From: Actinomycetota bacterium
GTDB taxonomy: Bacteria; Actinomycetota; CADDZG01; JAHWKV01
DNA: 64,000 nt
Assembly: GCA_019347715.1 (NCBI GenBank)
Contig: JAHWKU010000002.1
Span: forward strand, 118,349 to 182,348
Direction: 5' to 3'
Made by a program: the position numbers and the translations under genes. The number at the start of each line of letters is the position of its first letter. Position 1 is the stretch's first letter. Below are positions 47,438 to 57,001 of the stretch, one piece after another. The notes below the pieces were generated by a model, which ran no database searches, was not told the origin of the DNA, and was given only the letters and a program-made list of their open reading frames with translations.

Positions 47438-48181
47438 ATGAGCCCTCCGCCCTCGGCAGGCTGGGAACCCGGCTACACCGTGGCCAAGAGCCTCCTAGTT
47501 CCCTGGCTGGCGACCTCGTTCAAGTGGCACTTCGAGGGTTTGGAGCATCTTCCCGGCAGTGGACCCGGACTCATCGCATGCAACCACGTCTCTATTTTCG
47601 ACCCCCTGGCCATCGCGTACGCCATTGATGCCAACGGCCGAAGACCGAGGTTTCTTGGTAAGGCCTCTCTCTTCAGGGCACCGGTGGTTGGGTGGGTGCT
47701 CAGAACGGCCGGGCAAATCAGGGTGGATCGCGGCACTGCGAGCGCGCCTTCCTCGCTCTCGATGGCGGAAGAAGCGCTCGAAAATGGAGAGATCGTGGTG
47801 ATCTTTCCCGAAGGCACGACCACCGTAGCCGACGACCTTTCTCCGCTTGAACCCAAAACCGGGATTGCGCGTCTGGCGCTTGCCACCGGGCTGCCGGTGA
47901 TCCCATGTGCCACCTGGGGAGGCCAGTGGATATGGAGCTACCATCTCGGGTTCAAGCCAGGATTCGGCAAGGATGTGTGGGTTCGTTTCGGGGCCCCCGT
48001 TTCGTTCGATGAATACGGCGGTACGGGCCGGGATCCAGACGCATGGCGCGCGGTCGCGAAGCTCACGATGGAAGAGATCTCAGTTCTCCTTGCAGGGTTG
48101 AAAGCTGCGAAGCCATGGGAAACGAGACCACTTCCTGAAAAGACCAAAGCCAAGCTTCGAAAGAAAGGCAAGTTGAAGTGA
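47438..48181 (+). CDS. plsC: 1-acyl-sn-glycerol-3-phosphate acyltransferase
   Basis: Acyltransferase HxxxxD motif (NHVSIFD) and FPEGT motif. Confidence 0.8.
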   Translation: MSPPPSAGWEPGYTVAKSLLVPWLATSFKWHFEGLEHLPGSGPGLIACNHVSIFDPLAIAYAIDANGRRPRFLGKASLFRAPVVGWVLRTAGQIRVDRGTASAPSSLSMAEEALENGEIVVIFPEGTTTVADDLSPLEPKTGIARLALATGLPVIPCATWGGQWIWSYHLGFKPGFGKDVWVRFGAPVSFDEYGGTGRDPDAWRAVAKLTMEEISVLLAGLKAAKPWETRPLPEKTKAKLRKKGKLK

Positions 48182-48200
48182 CCGCCCTGCTCGACGGGAC

Positions 48201-49217
48201 ATGACAGGGGTCGAAGACAAAGTCGCAGTCATTGGAGCCGGAAGCTGGGGCACCGCGTTCGCCAACGCCCTGGCCCACAAAGGACTGAAGGTGACGCTGT
48301 GGGCCAGAAGACCTGAGCTCGCAACAGCCATCCAAGAATCGAACGAGAACCCCGATTACCTGCCCGGGCTGTTCCTTTCGCCGCGGCTCAGAGGCACTTC
48401 AAATCTGGAGGTTGCCCTGGATGGTGCAGCCGTCGTCGTGATGGCGGTTCCATCCCACGGGTTCAGGGAAGTCGTCACGACTGCGGCGAAGCTTGTCGAG
48501 CCCGCTGCACCCTTCATCAGCCTGGCCAAAGGCCTCGAGCCTGATTCTTTGAGAAGGATGAGCGAGGTGATAGCTGAGGAAGTCCCGGCATCGTGGCCGG
48601 AGCGGATAGGAGTGCTCTCTGGGCCAAATCTTGCAAAGGAGGTCGCGCTTGCCCAGCCGGCGGCCTCGGTCGTCGCGTGTGCCAGTGGGGGAGTGGCCGA
48701 TCGGCTTCAAGAGTTTTTCATGAGCCCCATTTTGCGGACCTACTCTGCTTCCGATGTTGTCGGGGTAGAGATCGGAGGTGTCGTCAAGAACGTTATCGCC
48801 ATCGCAACCGGAATCGCGGAGGGGATCGGATTTGGTGACAACACCAAGGCCACTGTTGTGACTAGAGGGCTTGCGGAGATGACCAGGCTAGGGGTGAGTC
48901 TTGGTGCGGATCCGATGACCTTCTCAGGGCTGGCCGGAGTTGGTGATCTCATCTGCACGTGCATGAGCGGCCTTTCTCGCAATCACCACGTGGGGGTGGA
49001 GCTCGGAAAAGGAAGGAAGATAGCGGACATTCTTAGTGAGATGTCGCAGGTGGCCGAGGGGGTCAAGTCTTCCAAGGCGGTGATGGCACTGGCCGAGAAT
49101 TACAACGTGGAGATGCCTATCTCAGAGGGGGTCTACCAGGTCATCCATGAGGGACAAGAGGTGTCGGAGATGATCGGAAACCTCTTGCGGCGCGTGCGTC
49201 AGCGGGAGAGAGACTGA
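48201..49217 (+). CDS. gpsA: NAD(P)H-dependent glycerol-3-phosphate dehydrogenase
   Basis: VAVIGAGSWGTA Rossmann motif and full-length GpsA similarity. Confidence 0.9.
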   Translation: MTGVEDKVAVIGAGSWGTAFANALAHKGLKVTLWARRPELATAIQESNENPDYLPGLFLSPRLRGTSNLEVALDGAAVVVMAVPSHGFREVVTTAAKLVEPAAPFISLAKGLEPDSLRRMSEVIAEEVPASWPERIGVLSGPNLAKEVALAQPAASVVACASGGVADRLQEFFMSPILRTYSASDVVGVEIGGVVKNVIAIATGIAEGIGFGDNTKATVVTRGLAEMTRLGVSLGADPMTFSGLAGVGDLICTCMSGLSRNHHVGVELGKGRKIADILSEMSQVAEGVKSSKAVMALAENYNVEMPISEGVYQVIHEGQEVSEMIGNLLRRVRQRERD

Positions 49218-49224
49218 GGAATAA

Positions 49225-49252
49225 AAAACGGCCCCCAATTGGGGGCCGTTTT
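49225..49252. terminator. Perfect palindromic hairpin, bidirectional intrinsic terminator (12-bp stem, AATT loop, A-tract/T-tract flanks)
   Basis: AAAACGGCCCCC AATT GGGGGCCGTTTT lies between convergent gpsA (+) and the 49273-49572 gene (-). Confidence 0.75.
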
Positions 49253-49272
49253 GGTTCTAGCTGTGCTGGCGG

Positions 49273-49572
49273 TTACGGAGAAGTGGTGTCTCCGGTGCCG
49301 CCGGTATCATCGGTCGTATCACCGGTGGTGTCGCCCGGCTGGTCGATGTTTACGTCCGTGTCTCCCTCGTCTCCCTCGTTCTCTATGTTCGTTACGTCGC
49401 CGTTGTTGTCATCGACGTCGTCGCCACCCCGGATGTTCATGGGGCCGAAGAGGAAGAGCCAGATCAAAAACACGATGAGAAGAGCAACCAAAACCCCGAC
49501 GATCAAGCCTGCCGAGGAGTCACGCTCAGTCTCGACCACCGTGGGGCCGTTCCCGTGGTGATGATCAGTCAT
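49273..49572 (-). CDS. Hypothetical membrane protein with acidic Asp/Thr/Gly-rich low-complexity C-terminal tail
   Basis: Start refined to ATG (MTDHHHGNG) with RBS AAAGGAG 8 nt upstream. One TM helix. C-terminal DVDDNNGDVTNIENEGDEGDTD... Confidence 0.5.
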   Translation of the reverse strand: MTDHHHGNGPTVVETERDSSAGLIVGVLVALLIVFLIWLFLFGPMNIRGGDDVDDNNGDVTNIENEGDEGDTDVNIDQPGDTTGDTTDDTGGTGDTTSP

Positions 49573-49671
49573 ACGTGCCACTCCTTTCTAGAACCGGTCC
49601 TTGCCTCGATACCCTAGCTTGCTCGGTTCTAAACGCCGGTATTGCCCGGCCGTGGAGGGCGAATCAGATGC

Positions 49672-50892
49672 CTATATGTTGCCCCCACGCAGGAGTTGGG
49701 CGAGGTTGTCCATGTCGTGGCACCGCTCGTCGGCGGCGTCCCTGGTGATCTTGCCCGCTTTCACGAGTTCGGCGAGAGCCTTGTCCATCGTTTGCATGCC
49801 TTGGGCCCCACCCGCTTGCATCGCAGAGAAGATCTGATGGGTCTTTCCTTCTCGGATCAGGTTCGAGACCGCCGGAGTGACCGACAGAATCTCGCAAGCA
49901 ACTGCCCTGCCCTTCCCATCGACTGTGGGGATAAGGGTCTGGGTTACGACTCCCTGAAGGGAAGACGCGAGCTGCACTCTGATCTGCTGCTGCTGGTGAG
50001 GCGGGAAGACGTCGATGATTCGGTCGACAGAGCCCGGGGCCGAATTCGTGTGCAGAGTCGCGAAGACGAGGTGGCCGGTCTCTGCGGCAGTAAGAGCCAT
50101 GCCGATGGTTTCCAGGTCGCGCATTTCCCCGACGAGGATGACATCGGGGTCCTGGCGAAGCACGTGCTTGAGGGCCTGGGCGAATGACTTCGTGTCTCCA
50201 CCGACCTCGCGCTGGTGAACGGCTGAAGTCTTGTGCTGATGAAGAAACTCGATGGGATCTTCGACGCTGATGATGTGCTTGGGTTCGTTGGAGTTGATGA
50301 TGTCTATGAGAGCAGCCAGAGTCGTGGATTTTCCAGACCCGGTCGGACCGGTGACGAGCACCAAGCCGCGAGGCAAGTCGGCGAACTGTTTGACGGCTTG
50401 CGGGATTCCGAGGTCGTCGAGGGTCTTTATCTCGAATGGGATCAACCGGAAAGCTGCGCCCAATGCGTCTCTCTGCTTGTAGATGTTGACCCTGTAGCGC
50501 GCTACACCGGGCAGCGCGTAGGAGAGATCGAGCTCCCAGTCTTCTTCGAACCTTTCCCTCTGCTTTTGGGTCAGGATGGCGTAGAGCATCTCTTGGATGT
50601 CGTTGGGCATGAGGCGATCGTGTTCGGTCCTGAGCAGATCTCCGTGAAGCCTGTATAGCGGAGGGTTCCCCGCTGAGATATGGAGATCTGAGGCTTTCGT
50701 CTCCACCATCGTGTGGAGCAGATCCGCCAGGTGAGGTTTGACCTTGGCAGGCTGCTCCTGTTCGGCGGGGGCCTGAGGCTCCCTCTCGACTAGCACCGAT
50801 TCGTTGTACAGGGGTCCTCGCTGTTGATCGGGCGCGTTCGTCTCGGTTATCTCTGTCAACTCCCCAACGAGGGAGCGGTCCTGGCTATCCAT
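49672..50892 (-). CDS. pilT: Type IV pilus twitching-motility ATPase PilT (N-terminal extension of ~45 aa)
   Basis: ASDLHISAGNPPLYRLHGDL, Walker A GPTGSGKST, Asp box, Walker B and His box typical of PilT. Confidence 0.85.
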   Translation of the reverse strand: MDSQDRSLVGELTEITETNAPDQQRGPLYNESVLVEREPQAPAEQEQPAKVKPHLADLLHTMVETKASDLHISAGNPPLYRLHGDLLRTEHDRLMPNDIQEMLYAILTQKQRERFEEDWELDLSYALPGVARYRVNIYKQRDALGAAFRLIPFEIKTLDDLGIPQAVKQFADLPRGLVLVTGPTGSGKSTTLAALIDIINSNEPKHIISVEDPIEFLHQHKTSAVHQREVGGDTKSFAQALKHVLRQDPDVILVGEMRDLETIGMALTAAETGHLVFATLHTNSAPGSVDRIIDVFPPHQQQQIRVQLASSLQGVVTQTLIPTVDGKGRAVACEILSVTPAVSNLIREGKTHQIFSAMQAGGAQGMQTMDKALAELVKAGKITRDAADERCHDMDNLAQLLRGGNI

Positions 50893-50969
50893 ACCATCAA
50901 GGAATCGACCCGGTGGGGGCCGCTCTTTAGGGCTGGCGGGAAGAGATTTCTCAAAAGGAAGGTCTCTAG

Positions 50970-52190
50970 GTGAGTCAGAATGGGCGTATGGAGCCAGAGA
51001 TCCCCGGCGAGATCGGAACGGGCACGGCGTCGACTCACGCCTCCGACGGCGCCCCCCAGGTGAACGAACAGCCGCTTTCGTTTCCCATTTGGCAAGTCGC
51101 CGACTACGCCTACGATTCGGCCGAGCACTATGCCGATGTCATAAACGAACGGCGCGATGGCCAGATCTATGGCCGCTACGGAGGCCCGACCGTGGAGCGG
51201 CTGGCATCGGTTCTGGCCGCGCTCGAGGGGGCCGAGGCTGGATGGGTCTTCTCTTCGGGCATGGGGGCCATCCACGCCGTTTTGATGGCCGTGGCAGGAC
51301 ACGGCGACAGAATCGTCTCGGCCAGGACTCTTTATGGGGGAACCTACGGTCTGTTCACAGAAGGCTGCGAGCGGGTAGGGATCGAAGTCACTTTCGCCGA
51401 CTGCACCGAGGCGGAGAAGGTCGCGGCGTCTATCGAAGGCTCGAAGGCGGTGTTCGTAGAGACCATTGCCAATCCCACATTCGAGATCGCAGACATCGAA
51501 GGTGTTGGACACGCTGCACGCGATGCCGGTGTTCCACTTATCGTCGACAACACCGTTGCAACCCCTGCGCTCTTCAGGCCGATTGACCAGCGAGCTACTC
51601 TCGTCGTGCATTCGACTTCGAAGTACGTCGGAGGGCATCACGACTTGATGGGCGGGGTGGTCCTGGGGCCGGCCGATCTGATTGACGCAACCAGACACCT
51701 CGCCGTTCGGTACGGAACAACCGCATCGGCATTCGAGAGCTGGCTCGCCCTTCGTGGCGTGGCCACTCTGGCCCTTCGAATGTCGAAACACTCCGAGAAC
51801 GCAATGATGGTGGCCGAACTGCTCGAATCGAGCGAAGAAGTCAGACGGGTGATCTATCCGGGGCTCCCCACCCATCCTCAGCACGACCGCGCGCTCAAAC
51901 TTCTGAGCGGGTTTGGGGGCATGATCGCTGCGGACTTTGGCTCGCAGGCAAAGGCATGGCGTTTCATGGATTCCTGCAGGATTGCCAGGGTGGGCTCCTC
52001 GTTCGGAGGGGTGCGAACGGAGCTAACTCATCCGGCAACGACATCGCATCGTCAGTTCAGCCAGCAGGACAGAGATGCCGCTGGGATAACCGACGGCCTG
52101 GTTCGCGTTTCGGTCGGCATCGAAGATGCTATCGACTTGACTCGCGACTTCGAGGCTGCTCTCGAGAAACTCGCTGAAGATGGTTCCTGA
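50970..52190 (+). CDS. Cys/Met-metabolism PLP-dependent enzyme (cystathionine gamma-synthase/lyase or O-acetylhomoserine sulfhydrylase family)
   Basis: PLP-lysine region STSKYVGGH and family-wide similarity. Confidence 0.8.
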   Translation: MSQNGRMEPEIPGEIGTGTASTHASDGAPQVNEQPLSFPIWQVADYAYDSAEHYADVINERRDGQIYGRYGGPTVERLASVLAALEGAEAGWVFSSGMGAIHAVLMAVAGHGDRIVSARTLYGGTYGLFTEGCERVGIEVTFADCTEAEKVAASIEGSKAVFVETIANPTFEIADIEGVGHAARDAGVPLIVDNTVATPALFRPIDQRATLVVHSTSKYVGGHHDLMGGVVLGPADLIDATRHLAVRYGTTASAFESWLALRGVATLALRMSKHSENAMMVAELLESSEEVRRVIYPGLPTHPQHDRALKLLSGFGGMIAADFGSQAKAWRFMDSCRIARVGSSFGGVRTELTHPATTSHRQFSQQDRDAAGITDGLVRVSVGIEDAIDLTRDFEAALEKLAEDGS

Positions 52191-53316
52191 ACGCAGGATC
52201 AGGGTAGCGGTTCTGTTCGGAGGAAGATCGGCCGAGCACCGAGTCTCTTGCATCTCCGCAAAGCACGTGGTCAATGCGATGGATCCGAACAAATATGAGG
52301 TGCTACCGATCGCCATAGGGCTCGATGGCGGATGGCTTCTGCCAGATGCGTCCCGAAAGGTCCTCGAGGGAGGGCCTCTCGAGGTGCCCGACGAGGCGTT
52401 CTCGGCAGAGGGTGAGCCGGTAGCGATGATGGTCGATCCAAGACGCACCGAAATAGTTCCCATCGATCGCACAGGGCCGTTGCAGCCGTTCGATCCGCCC
52501 GACGTGGTGTTCCCCGTCCTCCACGGCCCGTTCGGTGAGGACGGCACCGTCCAAGGGATGCTGGAGCTTGCCGGCATTCCCTACGTCGGCTCCGGCGTGC
52601 TCGGTTCCGCTCTTGGGATGGACAAGGAGAAGATGAAGATCCTTTTTTCGGCCGAAGGACTTCCTATCCCTCGGTTCTTCATCGTCAAAGACCACCAGTG
52701 GGAGATTGGCAGAGACCTGCTGCTCGACGAGATCGAGCCGATGGGATTCCCGATGTTTGTGAAGCCGTCCAATCTGGGTTCTTCGATCGGGATCTCAAAG
52801 GCACTCGATCGAACCACTCTTCAGCTTGGCATCGAGGCCGCGCTGGAATACGACCGGAAAGTGATGGTCGAAGAGGCGATATCAGGACGCGAGCTCGAAG
52901 TTGGAGTCCTTGGCAACGATCACCCAGAGGTCAGCATGGTCGGAGAGGTGATCCCAGGACACGACTTCTACGATTATTCCGACAAGTACCTCGATGATGC
53001 TTCCCAGACTGTCATTCCTGCAGACTTGCCGGTTCCGGTTATGGACTTGATCCGCAATTACGCTCTCAGAGCTTTCAGGGCGGTAGAGGCGGCCGGAATG
53101 GCGAGGGTGGACTTTTTCTTCGAGGAAAGGGGAAGAGGAGTTGTCTGTAACGAGATCAACACTATCCCCGGATTCACCAACATCTCGATGTACCCGAAGC
53201 TTTGGGAAGCCAGCGGTGTCTCTTACAGTGAGCTGATCGACCGGCTCATCGAACTGGCGCTCGAGAGCGACACTAAGAAGCGAAGCTCGCGCATGCGCCC
53301 GCCCGAATCTCTCTAG
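52180..53316 (+). CDS. ddl: D-alanine--D-alanine ligase
   Basis: Canonical Ddl N-terminus RVAVLFGGRSAEHRVSCISA and ATP-grasp motifs. Confidence 0.9.
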   Translation: MVPERRIRVAVLFGGRSAEHRVSCISAKHVVNAMDPNKYEVLPIAIGLDGGWLLPDASRKVLEGGPLEVPDEAFSAEGEPVAMMVDPRRTEIVPIDRTGPLQPFDPPDVVFPVLHGPFGEDGTVQGMLELAGIPYVGSGVLGSALGMDKEKMKILFSAEGLPIPRFFIVKDHQWEIGRDLLLDEIEPMGFPMFVKPSNLGSSIGISKALDRTTLQLGIEAALEYDRKVMVEEAISGRELEVGVLGNDHPEVSMVGEVIPGHDFYDYSDKYLDDASQTVIPADLPVPVMDLIRNYALRAFRAVEAAGMARVDFFFEERGRGVVCNEINTIPGFTNISMYPKLWEASGVSYSELIDRLIELALESDTKKRSSRMRPPESL

Positions 53317-53594
53317 CGAGGCGGAACGATTCTCGGCGGAGTCGAGACGGCCTCGAAGAGATCGAACCCAGCGATCGCTAACCCAATGATGACGAGGAAT
53401 AGGGCTGCAAGTTTCCACGACCTCTGTTTTCGCAGGATGCCGATCACGAGCATGGGGGCCGCGAGAGCGATGCCCCCAAACCCCGCGACCGCGGCAGCCT
53501 GAAGGTAGCTTCGCCGGCTTGGCTCCCCTAAGAAGGGTCCTGTGAGGAGAATGTGGAAGAAGACCAGGTAGCTCGCCAGCATGAGCGCCAGCAC
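53313..53594 (-). CDS. Hypothetical small membrane protein (3 TM helices)
   Basis: ORF with strongly hydrophobic segments. Convergent with ddl. Confidence 0.4.
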   Translation of the reverse strand: MLALMLASYLVFFHILLTGPFLGEPSRRSYLQAAAVAGFGGIALAAPMLVIGILRKQRSWKLAALFLVIIGLAIAGFDLFEAVSTPPRIVPPR

Positions 53595-53673
53595 GACGAG
53601 GATGATGGCCCACAGAACCCGCGTTAGGTTCCACTCCGGCCAGATTGCCGGAGAAGAACCTGAGGGATTGGAC

Positions 53674-53910
53674 TCAGAGATGGACTACGGGGCAGGTCAG
53701 AGTCCGGGTGATTCCCTCGACGGCCTGGATCTTGGCGACGACCAGCTTCCCGAGGTCGTCGACGGAAGGTGCTTCTGCCTGAACGATCACGTCGTATGGG
53801 CCGGTGACGTCCTCCGCGCTCGTTACGCCCGGGATCGCGCCGACTTCACGAGCGACCTGAGCCGCTTTTCCGACCTCTGTCTGAATGAGGATATAAGCCT
53901 GTACTGCCAC
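53674..53910 (-). CDS. Stand-alone Lrp/AsnC ligand-binding (RAM) domain protein
   Basis: 78 aa, GTG start preceded by AAGGAAGGAG. MAVQAYILIQTEVGKAAQVAREVGAIPGVTSAE...GPYDVIV... is the RAM-domain fold sequence, with no HTH. Confidence 0.6.
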   Translation of the reverse strand: MAVQAYILIQTEVGKAAQVAREVGAIPGVTSAEDVTGPYDVIVQAEAPSVDDLGKLVVAKIQAVEGITRTLTCPVVHL

Positions 53911-53922
53911 ACCGGTCTCCTT

Positions 53923-53949
53923 CCTTATGGGCCTTATGGGCCTTATGGG
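53923..53949. repeat. Three perfect tandem copies of CCTTATGGG immediately upstream of the RBS of the RAM-domain gene (minus strand)
   Basis: ccttatggg ccttatggg ccttatggg read directly. On the coding strand this is CCCATAAGG x3, abutting AAGGAAGGAG-accggt-GTG. Confidence 0.8.
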
Positions 53950-54192
53950 AATGAAGGCCCCATCCTAAGAACGAACCGACTACGGTACAAGGGCGAAGCA
54001 GTCTGCGCCTATGATTCAATTTGCTCATGCCCAAGAAAAGGCCCCGAAAAGGGAGCCGGGGCGACTCCCTCAGGGATACATACGCCCGTATCCGCAAGCC
54101 TGTTCCGCCTCCATCGCGGGTAGAAGAAGATCGCCGGCGAGAGATCCTCGAAGAGATCGAGCAAAGAGAGATCGCCAGAAAGCAGGAGGACG

Positions 54193-54825
54193 ATGATGAT
54201 CTTCAGGAATCGTGAGGAAGCTGGCCAGATGCTCGGCGAATCACTCCTGGAGCTATCGCTCGATCCCGTCGTCCTCGCGATCCCTCGAGGCGGGGTCGTC
54301 GTAGCGGCGCAGGTCGCGAGGGTCCTGGGGGCTTCCCTGGACGTCATCGTACCGGCGAAGATCAGAGCCCCATACCAACCGGAACTGGGGATAGGAGCGG
54401 TAGCAGCAGATGGCACACGCGTACTGGACGAAGATGCCATTGCCGTTCTGGGAGTGACTGAGGACTATTTGGCGAGGGAGATAGAACTGCGTCTTCAAGA
54501 GATCCAGAGAAGAGCGGTTGCCTATCGCGGTGACCGGCCAGAGATCGAATTAGCCGGCCGCGACGTTGTGATCGTCGACGACGGTATTGCTACCGGATGG
54601 ACTGCAAGGTGCGCGGCTAGATCGGTGCGCAATCGGAGCCCCAAAAGCGTCATACTTGCCGTTCCCGTCGCTCCGATGGAAGGCGTGAGTAGGCTCGAAG
54701 GCGATTGCGATCGTGTCGTATGTCTCCAATCGCCGGAACCTTTCCTAGCGGTGGGGCGGTGGTACCGAGACTTCGATCAGGTTGGCGATGAGGAAGTATT
54801 GGCGGCGTTGAGGGAGGTAGCTTGA
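54193..54825 (+). CDS. Phosphoribosyltransferase family protein (predicted PRTase)
   Basis: PRPP-binding motif VVIVDDGIATG. Whole-protein similarity to the COG1926-type PRTase. Confidence 0.7.
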   Translation: MMIFRNREEAGQMLGESLLELSLDPVVLAIPRGGVVVAAQVARVLGASLDVIVPAKIRAPYQPELGIGAVAADGTRVLDEDAIAVLGVTEDYLAREIELRLQEIQRRAVAYRGDRPEIELAGRDVVIVDDGIATGWTARCAARSVRNRSPKSVILAVPVAPMEGVSRLEGDCDRVVCLQSPEPFLAVGRWYRDFDQVGDEEVLAALREVA

Positions 54826-56390
54826 GGGACCTTGATGGGCTGCATTTCGAGCCTCAGAAGGACATATTCTTTAATCCTCCGGTCGCAGCCCTTGTCGAGC
54901 ACGCGATAAGCCGAGGTGAGGGAACTCTCTCCAGCACTGGGGCTCTTGTAGCCCGAACCTTCGAGCGGACCGGCCGGTCGCCCAAGGACAAGTTCGTTGT
55001 CCGGGATGCCAAGACTGATCCCAAGGTCTGGTGGGAGCAGAATCAGGAGACCTCACCGGAGCTGTTCGAAGAACTCTGGCAACAGGCCTCTCATCACCTT
55101 GAACAAACCGACGTCTTCGTTACCGATTCATGGGCATGCGCCGATCCGGATCACCGGCTAGGTGTACGGCTGGTATCGGAACTTGCGTGGCATTCGCTCT
55201 TCGCCCGTCAGCTATTTCGCAGACCAACCCCCGACGAGCTGGACACCTTCACTCCTGAGTGGACTGTCCTTGGGGCGCCTAACTTCAAGGCGCGGAACAC
55301 CGACGGGCTCAACTCGAGTGCCTTCGTTGCCGTCGACTTCACAAACACCAGAGTGCTGATCATCGGTACTCATTACGCCGGCGAGATCAAGAAATCCATA
55401 TTCACCGTCCTCAACTATCTCCTTCCCGGCCGCGGCGTCCTTCCGATGCATTGTTCAGCGAATGTCGGCGTCGATGGTGATGTTGCCCTGTTCTTTGGAT
55501 TGTCCGGGACGGGAAAGACCACTCTCTCGGCAGATCCGGAACGAAGTCTCATCGGGGACGACGAACACGGCTGGTCTGATTCGGGAGTCTTCAATTTCGA
55601 AGGAGGCTGCTATGCAAAGTGCATCCGGTTGTCTCCTCACAAAGAACCACAGATCTTCGATGCCATTCGATTCGGTGCAGTGGTCGAGAATGTAGTCGTC
55701 GATCCGGAGACGGCCCAGGTGAATTACGACGACGACTCGATTACCGAAAACACTCGCGCGGCTTACCCCCTCGACTTCATACCGGGAGCGACGCCAAGCG
55801 GGATGGCAGGCCACGCGAAGACCATCATCTTTCTGACCGCAGACGCTTTTGGTGTTCTGCCCCCAATCGCCAAGCTGACCCACGCCCAGGCCGCGTATCA
55901 CTTCCTGAGCGGTTTCACATCGAAGCTGGCCGGGACTGAAGCCGGCCTTGGGGATGAACCCGAAGCCACGTTCTCCACTTGCTTCGGGGCCCCCTTCCTT
56001 CCACTGCACCCAAGCGTTTACGCCAAGATGCTGGTTCAAAAGCTAGACGAGCATGACTCCAACGTGTATCTGGTCAACACCGGCTGGAGTGGCGGCCCCT
56101 ATGGGATCGGCAGCAGAATCGACTTGGCGGCGACGAGAGCCATCGTCGCGGCCGCCGTCTCCGGGAAGCTCTCAGACGCTCCCACCCGAACCGATCCAAT
56201 ATTCAACATCGAGGTCCCACTCGAGGTCGAGGGCGTTCCGCCAAAGACGCTCACCCCTCGCGACACCTGGGACGATCCTGCCGCGTATGACGCCAGCGCC
56301 AAGGAGCTGGCTTCTAAGTTCGAAGAGAATTTCGAGAAATTCAGAGATCACGTTTCTCCCGAGGTACGAGACGCAGGGCCGTCCCTCTAG
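54822..56390 (+). CDS. pckA: Phosphoenolpyruvate carboxykinase (ATP)
   Basis: ATP-type kinase-1a motif FFGLSGTGKTTLS and full-length PckA similarity. Confidence 0.9.
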   Translation: MRDLDGLHFEPQKDIFFNPPVAALVEHAISRGEGTLSSTGALVARTFERTGRSPKDKFVVRDAKTDPKVWWEQNQETSPELFEELWQQASHHLEQTDVFVTDSWACADPDHRLGVRLVSELAWHSLFARQLFRRPTPDELDTFTPEWTVLGAPNFKARNTDGLNSSAFVAVDFTNTRVLIIGTHYAGEIKKSIFTVLNYLLPGRGVLPMHCSANVGVDGDVALFFGLSGTGKTTLSADPERSLIGDDEHGWSDSGVFNFEGGCYAKCIRLSPHKEPQIFDAIRFGAVVENVVVDPETAQVNYDDDSITENTRAAYPLDFIPGATPSGMAGHAKTIIFLTADAFGVLPPIAKLTHAQAAYHFLSGFTSKLAGTEAGLGDEPEATFSTCFGAPFLPLHPSVYAKMLVQKLDEHDSNVYLVNTGWSGGPYGIGSRIDLAATRAIVAAAVSGKLSDAPTRTDPIFNIEVPLEVEGVPPKTLTPRDTWDDPAAYDASAKELASKFEENFEKFRDHVSPEVRDAGPSL

Positions 56391-56394
56391 CGCA

Positions 56395-56988
56395 GTGTGC
56401 ACTCATCTTTCCAGCCCCAAGGCCAGAGCTCTCCAGTTGCTGACTGCAGTGCTTTTGGCGGTTACCGGGTGCGCAGAGCAGCCGTCCGGCAGACAACAAC
56501 CTACGCCCACGCCTACGCCTAGTCCGCAAGAGCCCTCAGGCAAGACTTGCGCATCCCCTCAGGGCGGATACCAAGTGACCTATCCGGACGACTGGTACGT
56601 GAATGATCCAGAAACTGGATCCGCTTGTTCTTGGTTCCATCCGGATCCGTTCGAGCTGCCTCAAAATACTGAGGCGACGAACATAGCCATTCGCATAGCC
56701 GTCGAGAGCGCGGACTTTGAGGATGTGTCCGAAGGAATCACCCGTGGGCCAGGGGTGCGAGAAGTCCTCTCTCAGCGTGAAAGCACCGTGGTCGGCCGCA
56801 AAAGCCTGAGAGTCGAGATCATCAGTTCGGGCGAAGACCTCTACCCGGAGGGCACTCGTCAGACGATCTGGCTGGTTAATTGGGAGGAAAATTCACTTGT
56901 CGCATCCACAACGAGTGTTGCCGAAGCGGAATACTCGGACTCGGTGAGAGTTCTCGATCAAATGATCGATTCTTTGGAGCGGTTGTAA
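56395..56988 (+). CDS. Hypothetical lipoprotein
   Basis: GTG start right after the pckA stop. Signal peptide with lipobox LAVTGC. Pro/Thr-rich linker (PTPTPTPSP). Start position uncertain. Confidence 0.45.
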   Translation: MCTHLSSPKARALQLLTAVLLAVTGCAEQPSGRQQPTPTPTPSPQEPSGKTCASPQGGYQVTYPDDWYVNDPETGSACSWFHPDPFELPQNTEATNIAIRIAVESADFEDVSEGITRGPGVREVLSQRESTVVGRKSLRVEIISSGEDLYPEGTRQTIWLVNWEENSLVASTTSVAEAEYSDSVRVLDQMIDSLERL

Positions 56989-57001
56989 CTCAGTCGCTGA
57001 G

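Noticed and set aside
54021-54215. 64-aa highly charged ORF upstream of and overlapping the PRTase start
   Set aside because: Extreme Arg/Glu/Asp composition and no RBS. More likely a 5' leader. Not reportable as a gene without conservation evidence.
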